Origin: Balneolaceae bacterium
GTDB lineage: Bacteria > Bacteroidota > Rhodothermia > Balneolales > Balneolaceae
Length of the DNA: 64,000 nt
Reading direction: 5' to 3'
Assembly (NCBI GenBank): GCA_003561515.1
Contig: PWWL01000183.1
Span: 64-64,063, forward strand
Shown: positions 19,380 through 29,400 of the stretch, in pieces
How positions within the stretch are numbered: position 1 is the first letter of the stretch
How the letters are laid out: every line of letters begins with the position of its first letter
The notes under the pieces: model-generated
Database searches by the model: none
Seen by the model: the letters and a program-made list of their open reading frames with translations, nothing else
Told to the model about the DNA's origin: nothing
Translations under genes and position numbers: made by a program

Positions 19380-20801
19380 TTATTGGTCGTTTATAGCTCC
19401 TTTAGACGTGCGGATAAAATTTAAATCAAGAATAGAATCAAGTACATCGCCCACCGAATATTCCATTTCAAAACCCAGGAGATGTGCCGCTGTGGGAGCG
19501 ATCGAAAGGTTGCTGATAAGCCCGAGTCGGTTGCCCGGTTTGATACCTCTTCCATATGCAACGAATAAGGCATTCATCTCCTGATGATCGGTTAGGAATC
19601 CATGGTTACCGAGGTGAAATCCATGTTCGGCACTGTCAACCAGATAATCACTCAGATCGGCGCGGTTTGCAATGCCAAATCCTGGCTCAGCTGCAAGCAT
19701 CAGATTTCCTATTTGATCGCTCTCAGACGGGTGTGCCAATCCAAGACCATTGAACTGGTCGGGAGTAAGAATATTGCTGATTTCCTCACGGTTACTGAAG
19801 AGAGATTTCACCTTATCCTTCAGCTTATAATCATCGGGATCATCGAGGTAAATCATGGCTGTTCCGCCAAGTGAAACGGCCTGCGCCCTCGCTTCAACAA
19901 TCTCCCCCCTTTCAACTGTCAACAGTCCCGCTTCCCGAAGTAATACATTTGGCAGAAATGTTTTGGGGGTATTGATGAAGCCGTGATCCGAAACGATAAA
20001 TAATGTGGTTTGATCGAGAATACCCGCTTTTTCAAGAGATTCAAAAATACCTCTTACATGATAATCAGCCAGTGACATTGCTTTATATCCGGGATCGGTG
20101 GATACACCGTACCTGTGATGCATGCCATCTACATTCAAAAGGTGTATGAGGAGCAGATTAGGTGATCGGGTTTCGATAATGTGTTTTGCAGTCTCCTTCC
20201 AAACTACGTCACGCCCAAGCCTGCTATGCTGCCAGAGAGCGTGAGTGGTAAAATCGTCCAGTATACCTTTCTCAACAATTTCCCATCTAAGGTCATCACT
20301 CATAAATCTCACATTGTCAGGCGTATCCGGAAAAGAATCGTGCAGTGTGGATGAATTGCGGGTGGCCGGCCAGTTTACTTCGGCGGTGGTTAATCCGAGT
20401 TTATGGGCAATATCATACAAGGTTGGTACCCTTACCAGCTCATCTTTGTCGCGTCTCGGGTTTATTCGAACAGGCAATGTGCAGTCCTCCCATTCCAGCC
20501 AGCCATTATACACAAGCGAGTGCATGGCAGGAGGTACGCCCGTAACCAGCGTGGTGTGATTCGACCATGTAACAGACGGAACGGATGGGATTAAACCTTC
20601 GGCCCAAACACCATCCCTGGCAAGACTGCGAATAAATGGAAGCGGGATTTGATTATCCCATAGGGCATGCGCCGGAAATCCGTCAATGCTGATAATTACC
20701 ACGTGTGCGTCTTCCGACACGGAGAGATTTTCAATTTCCTGAGCTGCTGCAAACGTGCTCAGTAATCCAAGTAAAACAAAAAATGCGACAACTTTCCCCA
20801 T
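19380..20801 (-). CDS. Alkaline phosphatase superfamily, nucleotide pyrophosphatase/phosphodiesterase (NPP-type)
   Basis: Signal peptide, IISIDG, PSVTWSNHTT (Thr nucleophile), DGMHH, IVSDHGF, GNHG. Confidence 0.88.
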   Translation of the reverse strand: MGKVVAFFVLLGLLSTFAAAQEIENLSVSEDAHVVIISIDGFPAHALWDNQIPLPFIRSLARDGVWAEGLIPSVPSVTWSNHTTLVTGVPPAMHSLVYNGWLEWEDCTLPVRINPRRDKDELVRVPTLYDIAHKLGLTTAEVNWPATRNSSTLHDSFPDTPDNVRFMSDDLRWEIVEKGILDDFTTHALWQHSRLGRDVVWKETAKHIIETRSPNLLLIHLLNVDGMHHRYGVSTDPGYKAMSLADYHVRGIFESLEKAGILDQTTLFIVSDHGFINTPKTFLPNVLLREAGLLTVERGEIVEARAQAVSLGGTAMIYLDDPDDYKLKDKVKSLFSNREEISNILTPDQFNGLGLAHPSESDQIGNLMLAAEPGFGIANRADLSDYLVDSAEHGFHLGNHGFLTDHQEMNALFVAYGRGIKPGNRLGLISNLSIAPTAAHLLGFEMEYSVGDVLDSILDLNFIRTSKGAINDQ

Positions 20802-21025
20802 GTTACTGACCTTTAGACAACGTGTTTTTTCCCAGCGAGATCTTCAGTAGTGAACTTTCACCAAAATTTACCTTGAATTTTGACGATCAACTCTGATTGG
20901 TATCTCTTAAAATAAGGGAAATATATTGGTAAAAACTTTTCACCATTATCCCAAAAATGTAATATCTTTCAAATCTTAGATAATTTTGGAAAGAAATAGT
21001 GCCTGCCCGGCATTCTTCTTCATTC

Positions 21026-21099
21026 GGCGTGGTAGCTCAGGTGGTAAGAGCGTCGGATTCATAACCCGGAGGCCGAGGGTTCAAGTCCCTCCCACGCTA
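21026..21099 (+). tRNA. tRNA-Met (CAT), probably the elongator; CCA not encoded
   Basis: GGCGTGG/CCACGCT acceptor stem, TAGCTCAG..GGT.AGAGC D-arm, TTCATAA anticodon loop, GAGGG-TTCAAGT-CCCTC T-arm; paired 1-72 argues against initiator. Confidence 0.93.
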
Positions 21100-21780
21100 C
21101 GAAAGAAAGTCCGTATCTGCGAAAGTGGATCGGACTTTTTTTATGATTCTAATTCCTGTAAAAAGATCTAAGCGTTGATCTTCCGAAGCAGTGCTTCGCT
21201 TTTGGCCTGTTACAAATCCCCCGATTAGATTTCCAATTATGCACTTTTAATCCCTCTTCGTGATTATTCACAAGGGTCAGACCCGAGCTTTGACATTCCG
21301 AAGCAGTGCTTCGGGGGTTCAAGTCCCTCCCACGCTACGAAAGAAAGTCCGTATCTGCGAAAGTGGATCGGACTTTTTTATGATTCTAATTCCTGTATAA
21401 AGATCTGAGCGTTGATATTCCGAAGCAGTGCTTCGCTTTTGGCCTGTTACAAATCCCCCGATTAGATTTCCAATTATGCACTTTTAATCCCTCTTCGTGA
21501 TTATTCACAAGGGTCAGATCCGAGCTTTGACATTCCGAAGCAGTGCTTCGGGGGTTCAAGTCCCTCCCACGCTACGAAATAAAGTCCGTGTCTGCGAAAG
21601 TGGATCGGACTTTTTTTATGATTCTAATTCCTGTAAAAAGATCTGAGCGTTGATCTTCCGAAGCAGTGCTTCGCTTTTGGCATGTTACAATGCCATGATT
21701 AGATTTACAATTTTGCGCTCATTAACCCTTTTCATGATTATTCATAAAGGACAGATGCGGGCGTTGATAGTTCCAAGCAA
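21077..21780 (+). repeat. tRNA-linked tandem array of three ~238-bp units (starts 21077, 21315, 21552), each beginning with the tRNA-Met 3' end
   Basis: GGGTTCAAGTCCCTCCCACGCTACGAAA present three times; units 1 and 2 are near-identical, and the distal part of unit 3 is diverged. Confidence 0.95.
21106..21142 (+). terminator. Terminator hairpin after tRNA-Met, repeated in each array unit
   Basis: AAAGTCCG-tatctgcgaaagtggat-CGGACTTT followed by a T-run; copies near 21344 and 21581. Confidence 0.8.
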
Positions 21781-21943
21781 AATTCAGCTTGCCCATGCCC
21801 TCATGCAACACTCCCCAGAATTTCAAACCGACAACCCGTACCTGTACCCTCGTCATGGAGCCCCGATAATTCCTCTTTATCTTCACTGCATCTTAGGGTA
21901 TTTTGTAATGATAAATCAGAAAACAGAGTAACCTAACCAACAG

Positions 21944-23410
21944 ATGGCAAAACGAATCACCAACAGAGAAGAAGACTATTCACAATGGTACCTTGATATA
22001 GTTAAGGAGGCCCAACTCGCTGAGCATTCGCCCGTTCGGGGCTGTATGGTTATCAAGCCTACCGGGTACGCGCTCTGGGAAAACATGAAAGCTGCCCTCG
22101 ATCAGATGTTTAAGGATACCGGGCATGAAAACGCCTACTTCCCTCTGTTCATCCCAAAGTCGTTCCTCTCGAAAGAAGCGCAGCATGTGGAAGGTTTTGC
22201 CAAAGAATGTGCCGTTATTACACATAGCCGGCTTAAGAGCGTGGATGGCGGTGTTGAAGTGGATCCGGAATCGCGGCTCGAAGAAGAACTGATTGTGCGC
22301 CCAACCTCCGAAACCATTATTTGGGATTCGTACCGGAGCTGGATACAGTCGTACCGCGATCTGCCCATTTTGATTAACCAGTGGGCAAACGTGGTTCGGT
22401 GGGAAATGAGAACCCGGCTATTTCTGCGCACCATGGAGTTTCTATGGCAGGAAGGCCACACGGCCCACGCCACCAAACAGGAAGCCGTTGAAGAGGCAAA
22501 GCGCATGCTGGAAGTGTACCGCACCTTCGCCGAAGATTTCATGGCAATGCCTGTGGCCACCGGTGTGAAAACCGAATCGGAACGGTTTGCCGGCGCCGTG
22601 GATACCTACTGCATTGAAGCGCTGATGCAGGATGGGAAAGCCCTCCAGACAGGAACTTCGCATTTTCTCGGGCAGAACTTTGCAAAGGCTTTTGATGTGA
22701 AATTCCAGGACGAGGATGGCGAACACAAGTATGTCTGGGCTACCAGCTGGGGTGTATCAACCCGGCTCATTGGCGGGCTCATCATGACACACTCTGATGA
22801 TAACGGACTTGTGCTGCCTCCTAAACTTGCTCCCACTCAAATCGTGGTTGTTCCCATTTACCGCAATGATGAGCAGCGTGCCAACGTGCTTGAGTATGCA
22901 CAGCCCATTGTCGATTCAATAAAGGATAAAGGAATTACCATTAAGCTGGACGATCGTGAGAACTACAAGCCAGGCTGGAAGTTTGCCGAACACGAGGCAA
23001 AAGGAATTCCGCTCAGAATCGCGATCGGGCCCCGCGATGTGGAAAACGGAAACCTTGAACTTGCACGGCGCGACACGCTCGAAAAAGTCATCACACCTGC
23101 TGCAGGGATAGCCGAACACGTTTCAGAACTGCTCGGAACCATTCAAAATGATCTTTTTGCGGCTGCCAAAAAACGCATGGACGATAACACACGGGAAGTG
23201 GCAGGTTATGACGAGTTTAAAGAAGAAATTGAGAAGGGCGGGTTTATCTATGCTCATTGGAACGGCACCGCGGAAACTGAGGAAAAAATTAAAGATGAGA
23301 CAAAAGCCACCATTCGCTGCATTCCCATGAATAATGAGAAAGTGCCCGGCAAATGCATGGTTACAGGAGAGCCGTCGGAACAGAAGGTGTTGTTTGCCAG
23401 ATCGTATTAA
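21944..23410 (+). CDS. proS: Proline--tRNA ligase (archaeal/eukaryotic type)
   Basis: [56 protein letters not shown]-terminal FARSY. Confidence 0.97.
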   Translation: MAKRITNREEDYSQWYLDIVKEAQLAEHSPVRGCMVIKPTGYALWENMKAALDQMFKDTGHENAYFPLFIPKSFLSKEAQHVEGFAKECAVITHSRLKSVDGGVEVDPESRLEEELIVRPTSETIIWDSYRSWIQSYRDLPILINQWANVVRWEMRTRLFLRTMEFLWQEGHTAHATKQEAVEEAKRMLEVYRTFAEDFMAMPVATGVKTESERFAGAVDTYCIEALMQDGKALQTGTSHFLGQNFAKAFDVKFQDEDGEHKYVWATSWGVSTRLIGGLIMTHSDDNGLVLPPKLAPTQIVVVPIYRNDEQRANVLEYAQPIVDSIKDKGITIKLDDRENYKPGWKFAEHEAKGIPLRIAIGPRDVENGNLELARRDTLEKVITPAAGIAEHVSELLGTIQNDLFAAAKKRMDDNTREVAGYDEFKEEIEKGGFIYAHWNGTAETEEKIKDETKATIRCIPMNNEKVPGKCMVTGEPSEQKVLFARSY

Positions 23411-24943
23411 TTGATTCTAGATCGTATGGAAGGTCAGCTTTTTTTTCCCGAATTCAATCGCGTGGCCACGCCGGCCATGTGCAGGGAAGCCGACCGCGTA
23501 ACCATTGAAGATTTCGGTATCGACGGATTCACCCTGATGGAAATTGCTGCCCGCCATGCGGCTGAAATCATAGAAAGGGAAACCGGCAATCATAGATCAG
23601 GACTTTACCTTTGCGGAAAGGGAAACAACGCCGGTGACGCACTTGCGGCCGGGCGAACGCTTTCCGAAGAATCCGGCCATAAAATCAACATTTTGATGGT
23701 TGATGGCAGGGATAATCTGTCTGCGGATACGCAACACAATCTTGCATTGATTAAAAAGCTGATTGAGCACGGATCGGATATCCATATCCTTGAATCGATG
23801 ACAACCGATCCGAATCTGGATTTCGATTACATCGTGGATGGCCTGCTTGGCACCGGAATTTCCAGGGACGTCCGATCTCTTTACAAGGAAATTATAGAGC
23901 AGGTTAACCGGTGCTCAATTCCCGTTTTTTCTATGGACCTTCCCTCGGGGCTCGATGCTGAAAAAGGCACCATTCATGGCACGGCAGTTCATGCCACACA
24001 CACTATCACCTTCGGAATGAACAAGACCGGATTCTATCTTAACGGCGCCAGCAAGTTTACAGGAACGGTGCATCTTGGAAAACTGCCATTTCCGGGTTTC
24101 GCAAAAGAATTTGAAGCGTCTATCATAACTCCTGCCCTTCAGGATATCTTGCCATCGTTCGCTAGAAAGGCGAAACATAAATACGATGATGGTGTGGTGC
24201 ATATCATTGCCGGATCTGAGGGACTCACAGGTGCAGCCATTATGGCTGCCAAAAGTGCCTGGCAAAAAGGCGCCGGTGCCGTGATTCTCTATACAACCAG
24301 GGGAAACCTACCCCACTATGAAAAAAATCTTCCTCAAGTCATTAAAGTAGTGGTTGGGGATGGCGAGCAAAATTCATTCACTCCCGATCATTCCAAAAAA
24401 ATCATCGAATCGATGAACCAAAGGCCGGGAGTGTTACTGGCCGGGCCCGGAATGGGTACTTCGGCGGAAGCAGGTGAATTGCTGATGACGGTGCTTTCTA
24501 TGATTAATGGCCCGGCCGTGCTGGATGCTGACGCTCTCTGCAATATGGAAGCGATCAGTCGTCTCCCTGAACAGAGACGCAAGCAACTGCTTTTAACTCC
24601 GCATATCGGGGAGGCCAAAAATTACCTCGGCATGAACTTTAATGACGACTTTACCCGCTTGAACGAAGCCAATGATTTTGTTAAAAAAACAAGATGCGCA
24701 ATTTTATTGAAAGGAAATCCTACTTTTTTGATAGATTCGGACTCGCAAAAATTCATTACAGCTTATGATACCACTCCGTTTACGCGAGCAGGATTCGGAG
24801 ATGTTTTGGCAGGAACAATTGCGGCTAACCTGGGAATAAATAGAAAACTGCACACATCCGTAATTGATGCTTTACTTCACGGACTGAAAAAATATCATCA
24901 GCACAAAGGCGACTCCGCTTTTGGTCCCGAGCACTTGTTATGA
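23411..24943 (+). CDS. nnr: Bifunctional NAD(P)HX epimerase/dehydratase (YjeF)
   Basis: LMEIAA, CGKGNNAGD, VDGLLGTG, DLPSG, GPGMG, LDADAL, LTPHIGE, GFGDVLAG. Confidence 0.92.
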   Translation: MILDRMEGQLFFPEFNRVATPAMCREADRVTIEDFGIDGFTLMEIAARHAAEIIERETGNHRSGLYLCGKGNNAGDALAAGRTLSEESGHKINILMVDGRDNLSADTQHNLALIKKLIEHGSDIHILESMTTDPNLDFDYIVDGLLGTGISRDVRSLYKEIIEQVNRCSIPVFSMDLPSGLDAEKGTIHGTAVHATHTITFGMNKTGFYLNGASKFTGTVHLGKLPFPGFAKEFEASIITPALQDILPSFARKAKHKYDDGVVHIIAGSEGLTGAAIMAAKSAWQKGAGAVILYTTRGNLPHYEKNLPQVIKVVVGDGEQNSFTPDHSKKIIESMNQRPGVLLAGPGMGTSAEAGELLMTVLSMINGPAVLDADALCNMEAISRLPEQRRKQLLLTPHIGEAKNYLGMNFNDDFTRLNEANDFVKKTRCAILLKGNPTFLIDSDSQKFITAYDTTPFTRAGFGDVLAGTIAANLGINRKLHTSVIDALLHGLKKYHQHKGDSAFGPEHLL

Positions 24944-25344
24944 TTGACAAACTGATACTGCTATTTATCAAAAACAAGGGAGTTATCTATACACTCTTTG
25001 CACTCATTACCATTGCTATACTGCTGCTCACCTTGATGCCGCCCGACAATCTGGGCAGTCATCGAATTTTCAGGTACGACAAACTCGGGCATTTTATGAT
25101 GTTCTTTTGCTGGACCCTCGCTTACGGTTTGTTTTCATTTGTAAAAAAAGGGCCTGAAAAAACCCGGATTATCGCCATCTTTTTTATTGGGTCCCTGTTT
25201 GGAATTACAATCGAAGTGGTTCAGGAATTGATGCCTTATGGAAGATCAGGCAATATTTATGATGCAATCGCTGATATCCTCGGAAGCCTTTCAGCGGCGA
25301 TAGTTCTAAATTTGATAAAAAAAACTGTCCTTAGGAAGACTTAA
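24940..25344 (+). CDS. VanZ family membrane protein
   Basis: DKLGHF, IEVVQ...GRS...DAIADILG. Confidence 0.85.
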   Translation: MIDKLILLFIKNKGVIYTLFALITIAILLLTLMPPDNLGSHRIFRYDKLGHFMMFFCWTLAYGLFSFVKKGPEKTRIIAIFFIGSLFGITIEVVQELMPYGRSGNIYDAIADILGSLSAAIVLNLIKKTVLRKT

Positions 25345-25465
25345 GTGAATCCAGCTATTCTACCAATTCATAATAATGTATTTAATCAAACCGTTGGATA
25401 ATTACGCTGAAATCGTTTATACTCATGACTAGTTCGTATTAATCTCAAAAATTCTCTTTTGCATT

Positions 25466-26122
25466 ATGACTGAACGCAAAAAACCCGATGCTGATTTACG
25501 AAACTATTACACTGTATTTTGGGAGCTTGGGCTTCTTGTTACGCTTGTAATAGCCATTATTCTTGTAAGGGTTGACATTACAAGCCACGGTCCTGAGGAG
25601 TACATGATCGACGAACAGGAAATTGTGGAAATGGAAGAAATCATCCAAACCCGGCAGATCGAAACCCCTCCGCCACCCCCTCGTCCACCCGTACCTGTCG
25701 AGGTTCCCAATGATGAAATTATTGAAGATGTGGATATCGATATCTCTGCAGATCTCGATTTCGGAGGCCAGTTAAGCATGCCCCCTCCGCCACCTCCATC
25801 CGACGATGAGGAAGAAGAAGATTTCTTCGTTGTTGTTGAAGACATGCCTGAACTGATCGGAGGCCTTGAAGGACTGCAGCGCCAAATCCGATATCCGGAA
25901 ATGGCTCGCCGTGCAGGAATTGAAGGAAGAGTATTTATCCAGTTTATTGTAAATGAAAGAGGCGAAGTTGAAGATCCGAGAGTAATTCGCGGTATTGGAG
26001 GCGGTGCTGATGAAGAAGCCCTCAGGGTAGTTAGTCAAGCCCAGTTCAGACCGGGAATGCAGCGCGGACGACCTGTTCGTGTACAGTACAGCTTGCCGAT
26101 CTTCTTCAGGCTGCAAAACTGA
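25466..26122 (+). CDS. tonB: Energy transducer TonB
   Basis: N-terminal TM, Pro-rich linker, YPEMARRAGIEGRVFIQFIV TonB C-terminal domain. Confidence 0.92.
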   Translation: MTERKKPDADLRNYYTVFWELGLLVTLVIAIILVRVDITSHGPEEYMIDEQEIVEMEEIIQTRQIETPPPPPRPPVPVEVPNDEIIEDVDIDISADLDFGGQLSMPPPPPPSDDEEEEDFFVVVEDMPELIGGLEGLQRQIRYPEMARRAGIEGRVFIQFIVNERGEVEDPRVIRGIGGGADEEALRVVSQAQFRPGMQRGRPVRVQYSLPIFFRLQN

Positions 26123-26144
26123 TCCTGAACTACTGAAAATTATT

Positions 26145-26178
26145 AAGGCGTCCAGCTGCTAAGCTCGACGCCTTTTTT
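26145..26178 (+). terminator. Intrinsic terminator after tonB
   Basis: AAGGCGTC-cagc...gctc-GACGCCTT followed by a T-run. Confidence 0.75.
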
Positions 26179-26204
26179 ATGCTTAACAATCTCGTGCGCA
26201 GTAA

Positions 26205-26645
26205 TTACGCTCGCCTATTCTGAAATTCCCTGATCACGGTCTTCAGATTTTCGAAGTGAACCAACTCCAATGCATCGTCCAGATTAACCCATGCAAAGTC
26301 GGTAATTCCTTCATCCCGCTGCACTTTGATTGGAGCTGAATCGCGTTCTATCATGGCAAACCAGGATGTAGTTTTTTCAATCAGCAATCCATTCTCAAGA
26401 TAAGTGTGATGTGTAATGCAAAGACATGGCCCCTTCTCCGGCTCAGGAATTCCAAGTTCTTCGGATACTTCCCGAAGTGCACACTCTTCAATAGATTCAC
26501 CTGTGTCTTGCTTCCCTTTGGGCAGATCCCAAACACCGTTTCTCAGAATAACCAAAACATGGATTTCAGTTCCTGTATTGCGATAAAGCAAGCCACCCCC
26601 GGCCTGCAAGTGTACATTGGGTTTACTCTTTTCTTTCTGATTCAT
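26205..26645 (-). CDS. NUDIX hydrolase
   Basis: WDLPKGK...GES..ECALREVSEELG Nudix box; start uncertain. Confidence 0.88.
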   Translation of the reverse strand: MNQKEKSKPNVHLQAGGGLLYRNTGTEIHVLVILRNGVWDLPKGKQDTGESIEECALREVSEELGIPEPEKGPCLCITHHTYLENGLLIEKTTSWFAMIERDSAPIKVQRDEGITDFAWVNLDDALELVHFENLKTVIREFQNRRA

Positions 26646-26964
26646 CTTTCGATTCTTCGGGAGAGTTGTCTTTCTTTTTTTCATCAGCATAATTTAACCG
26701 GAGGTTGGTCAGCGTCTGATTCAGATATGCAGCCATCTCCTTTGGAAGATTGCCGCTGGTAAATTTTTCTAGCATTACCAATGTATCAATAGCGTATTTT
26801 GCCGCTTTCAGGTCGCGTTCCGATTTTCCGGTTGCGGGGTTTTGAATTTTTCCCATTCCCATCATTGCGATCTGTTCATGCTGCTGAATGAGCATCACAA
26901 ACAGAAGCTGCTGCTGCTGGTCGGGATTCAGTTTTTCTCCGTTTTGTTCTTGCTTGTCACTCAT
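26623..26964 (-). CDS. DUF1844 family protein
   Basis: AMMGMGKIQNP.TG...DL.AAKYAIDTL.ML..KT.GNL-like pattern. Confidence 0.8.
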   Translation of the reverse strand: MSDKQEQNGEKLNPDQQQQLLFVMLIQQHEQIAMMGMGKIQNPATGKSERDLKAAKYAIDTLVMLEKFTSGNLPKEMAAYLNQTLTNLRLNYADEKKKDNSPEESKDESERKE

Positions 26965-27059
26965 AGCTCACATTTAATTTCCGTTCATATTTTATACGAT
27001 GAAAAGGTAAAGAGTTTGTATACTTAAGCCCACCAAAAATACAAAAACTGACCGATTTA

Positions 27060-28271
27060 ATGGCAACTATTCACCCGTTCAGGGGATGGCTTCCAAAAGC
27101 AGAATTTGCAGACGAAGTAGCATGTGTCCCCTACGATGTTATCAGCACCGAAGAAGCAGCTGAAATGGCTGAGGACAAACCCAACAGTTTTCTTCACGTA
27201 ATCCGCCCCGAAATCGACCTGCCCGAAGGCACACCATTTTATGACGACTCCGTTTATGCGAAAGGAGCCGAAAACCTGAAAAAGCTACTCTCCTCCGATC
27301 TCTTTTACCAGGATGAAAAGCCGGCCATTTATCTATACCAGCTCGAAACTGAGAACCACCGTCAGACCGGGGTATTCACCTGCGCCTCCGTACAGGACTA
27401 TGATGAAGACACAATTCTGAAACACGAATTAACCCGGCCCGACAAGGAAGATGATCGTACGCGACATATTCTCACGCAAAGCGCACACGCCGAACCCGTG
27501 ATGCTCACATTCCGAGATACGGAAGACATCGCCTTTCTTGTCGAGAAAACGACCATCACACAGCCCCCTCTCATCGAACACGAAGGCGAAGGAGGTGTAA
27601 TTCACCGTATATGGAAAACTTTTTCCACGGCTGACTTCGTCGAAAAGTTTGCCTCAATTGAAAAACTATATGTGGCCGACGGCCATCACCGGTGTAAAAG
27701 CGCATCAAGGGTTGCGGGAGAGCTTCGCGCCCAAAAGAAGAGTTTTCCAGGAGAAGAGGAGTTTGAGTATTTTCCTGTAGTTCTGTTTCCAATGGACCAG
27801 ATGCGAATTTTACCCTATAACCGGGTCATCAAATCTGTTACTGCCGGTCAATGGGATGAACTGAGGAAAAGGTTCAGTTTAGAGAAAAGCGCTGTGAAAG
27901 AACCGGCAATTAACGGTTCGATATCCGTTTATTACAGCGGCGAGTGGTGGAGTATGTCGCTGCCAGATCCTGAATCCGGCAGTGTGGTAGATACGCTAGA
28001 CGTGGCGCGTCTTCAAAATGGCGTACTCGAACCTGTGTTTGGGATCAAAAATCCCCGAACTGATGAAAATATCAGCTTTGTGGGAGGCATCCGGGGTACA
28101 AAAGAACTCGAGAAGCTTGTGGATGCCGGTAAAGTGGAATTGGCGTTCAGTATGTATCCCACAAGCATTCAGGAACTGCTCGACGTATCGGATAAGGGAG
28201 AACTCATGCCGCCTAAATCGACATGGTTCGAGCCAAAAATTAAATCAGGATTCATAATACACACATTTTAA
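27060..28271 (+). CDS. DUF1015 family protein
   Basis: IHPFRG, PYDVI, KHELTR, YVADGHHR, MPPKSTWFEPK; adjacent to serC. Confidence 0.9.
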   Translation: MATIHPFRGWLPKAEFADEVACVPYDVISTEEAAEMAEDKPNSFLHVIRPEIDLPEGTPFYDDSVYAKGAENLKKLLSSDLFYQDEKPAIYLYQLETENHRQTGVFTCASVQDYDEDTILKHELTRPDKEDDRTRHILTQSAHAEPVMLTFRDTEDIAFLVEKTTITQPPLIEHEGEGGVIHRIWKTFSTADFVEKFASIEKLYVADGHHRCKSASRVAGELRAQKKSFPGEEEFEYFPVVLFPMDQMRILPYNRVIKSVTAGQWDELRKRFSLEKSAVKEPAINGSISVYYSGEWWSMSLPDPESGSVVDTLDVARLQNGVLEPVFGIKNPRTDENISFVGGIRGTKELEKLVDAGKVELAFSMYPTSIQELLDVSDKGELMPPKSTWFEPKIKSGFIIHTF

Positions 28272-28283
28272 AATCTCATACAA

Positions 28284-29363
28284 ATGAAAAGAGTACACAA
28301 TTTTAGTGCAGGACCCGCAACCCTCCCTCTCACTGTTCTCGAAAAAGCACAGGAAGAGCTTGTAAACTACCGCAACAAGGGCGCTTCCATCGTCGAGATG
28401 AGCCACCGCAGCCCTGAGTATACCGAAGTGAATGAACAGGCTACATCCAGGCTGAGAAACGTTTTAGGCGTTGGAGATGAATGGGAGGTTCTCTTTCTGC
28501 AGGGCGGTGCCAGCAGTCAGTTTATGATGGTGCCTCAAAATTTTCTTAACTCCGGTAGAACTGCAAACTATATTGACACGGGTGCATGGTCGGTCAAAGC
28601 AATAAAAGAGGCGAAGCTGTTCGGAAGTGTCCACACCTCTTTCTCCGACAAGGATGGCAACTACTCACATATCCCGACTGACAGCGAGCTGACGTTCGCC
28701 GATGGAGCGATCTACACCCACTTTACCAGCAATAACACCATTTTTGGCACGCAGTTTCACTCCGAACCGGATGGCGGCGGTGCCCCGCTTGTTTGCGATG
28801 CCTCTTCCGATTTCCTGTCGCGTCCGCTCAAAATGGACAAATATGGGTTGATTTATGCCGGTGCACAGAAAAACCTTGGCCCGGCCGGGGTTACCGTTGT
28901 GATGGTGAAAAAATCGTTCCTTGAACAGCAAAGAACCGAAGCCATCCCCACCATTCTGAACTACAATACACATGTGAACAAACTGTTCAACACACCACCG
29001 GTTTTTGCTGTTTACATGGTTAACCTGGTTCTTGAGTGGATTCTCGAAATGGGTGGACTTCAGGCATTTGTGAAGCTGAATGATGAAAAAGCTTCGTTGC
29101 TTTATGGCGAAATTGACAGCGATGATTTTTACCGCGGTACCGTGGAAAAAGCGGCTCGCTCAAAAATGAACGTGACATTCCGCCTCGAAAGCGAGGATCT
29201 GGAGAAGAAATTCCTCAGTGAAGCGGCAAATCATGACCTGGTTGCCCTGAAGGGTCACCGCAGCGTGGGTGGAATCAGGGCCAGCATCTACAACGCCTGC
29301 GAACCGGCCAGCGTCGAAGCACTGGTAAGTTTCATGCAAGAGTTCAGGAAACAGAACGGGTGA
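28284..29363 (+). CDS. serC: Phosphoserine aminotransferase
   Basis: NFSAGPA, EMSHRS, LQGGAS, YAGAQKNLGPAG PLP lysine, NTPP, KGHRSVGGIRASIYNA. Confidence 0.97.
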   Translation: MKRVHNFSAGPATLPLTVLEKAQEELVNYRNKGASIVEMSHRSPEYTEVNEQATSRLRNVLGVGDEWEVLFLQGGASSQFMMVPQNFLNSGRTANYIDTGAWSVKAIKEAKLFGSVHTSFSDKDGNYSHIPTDSELTFADGAIYTHFTSNNTIFGTQFHSEPDGGGAPLVCDASSDFLSRPLKMDKYGLIYAGAQKNLGPAGVTVVMVKKSFLEQQRTEAIPTILNYNTHVNKLFNTPPVFAVYMVNLVLEWILEMGGLQAFVKLNDEKASLLYGEIDSDDFYRGTVEKAARSKMNVTFRLESEDLEKKFLSEAANHDLVALKGHRSVGGIRASIYNACEPASVEALVSFMQEFRKQNG

Positions 29364-29400
29364 TTGGGAGAGTGAAGAAGCTTGCGGCTTGAAACTTGAT

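Noticed and set aside
20986-21171. 61-aa ORF over the tRNA, and the 93-aa ORF at 21650-21931
   Set aside because: They overlap the tRNA or repeat array and show no protein-like features
21264-21272. DnaA-box match TTATTCACA inside the array units
   Set aside because: It falls in the decayed D-arm-like segment, is multiplied only by the duplication and is lost in unit 3
21315-21574. attR of a prophage or ICE integrated at tRNA-Met, or additional functional tRNAs
   Set aside because: No integrase or cargo lies between the tRNA-end copies, and the copies lack a pairing acceptor 5' strand and an intact anticodon arm
21077-21780. CRISPR array interpretation of the recurring 17-bp palindrome
   Set aside because: The intervening sequences are about 100 bp and repeat alternately instead of being unique spacers, and there are no cas genes in the window
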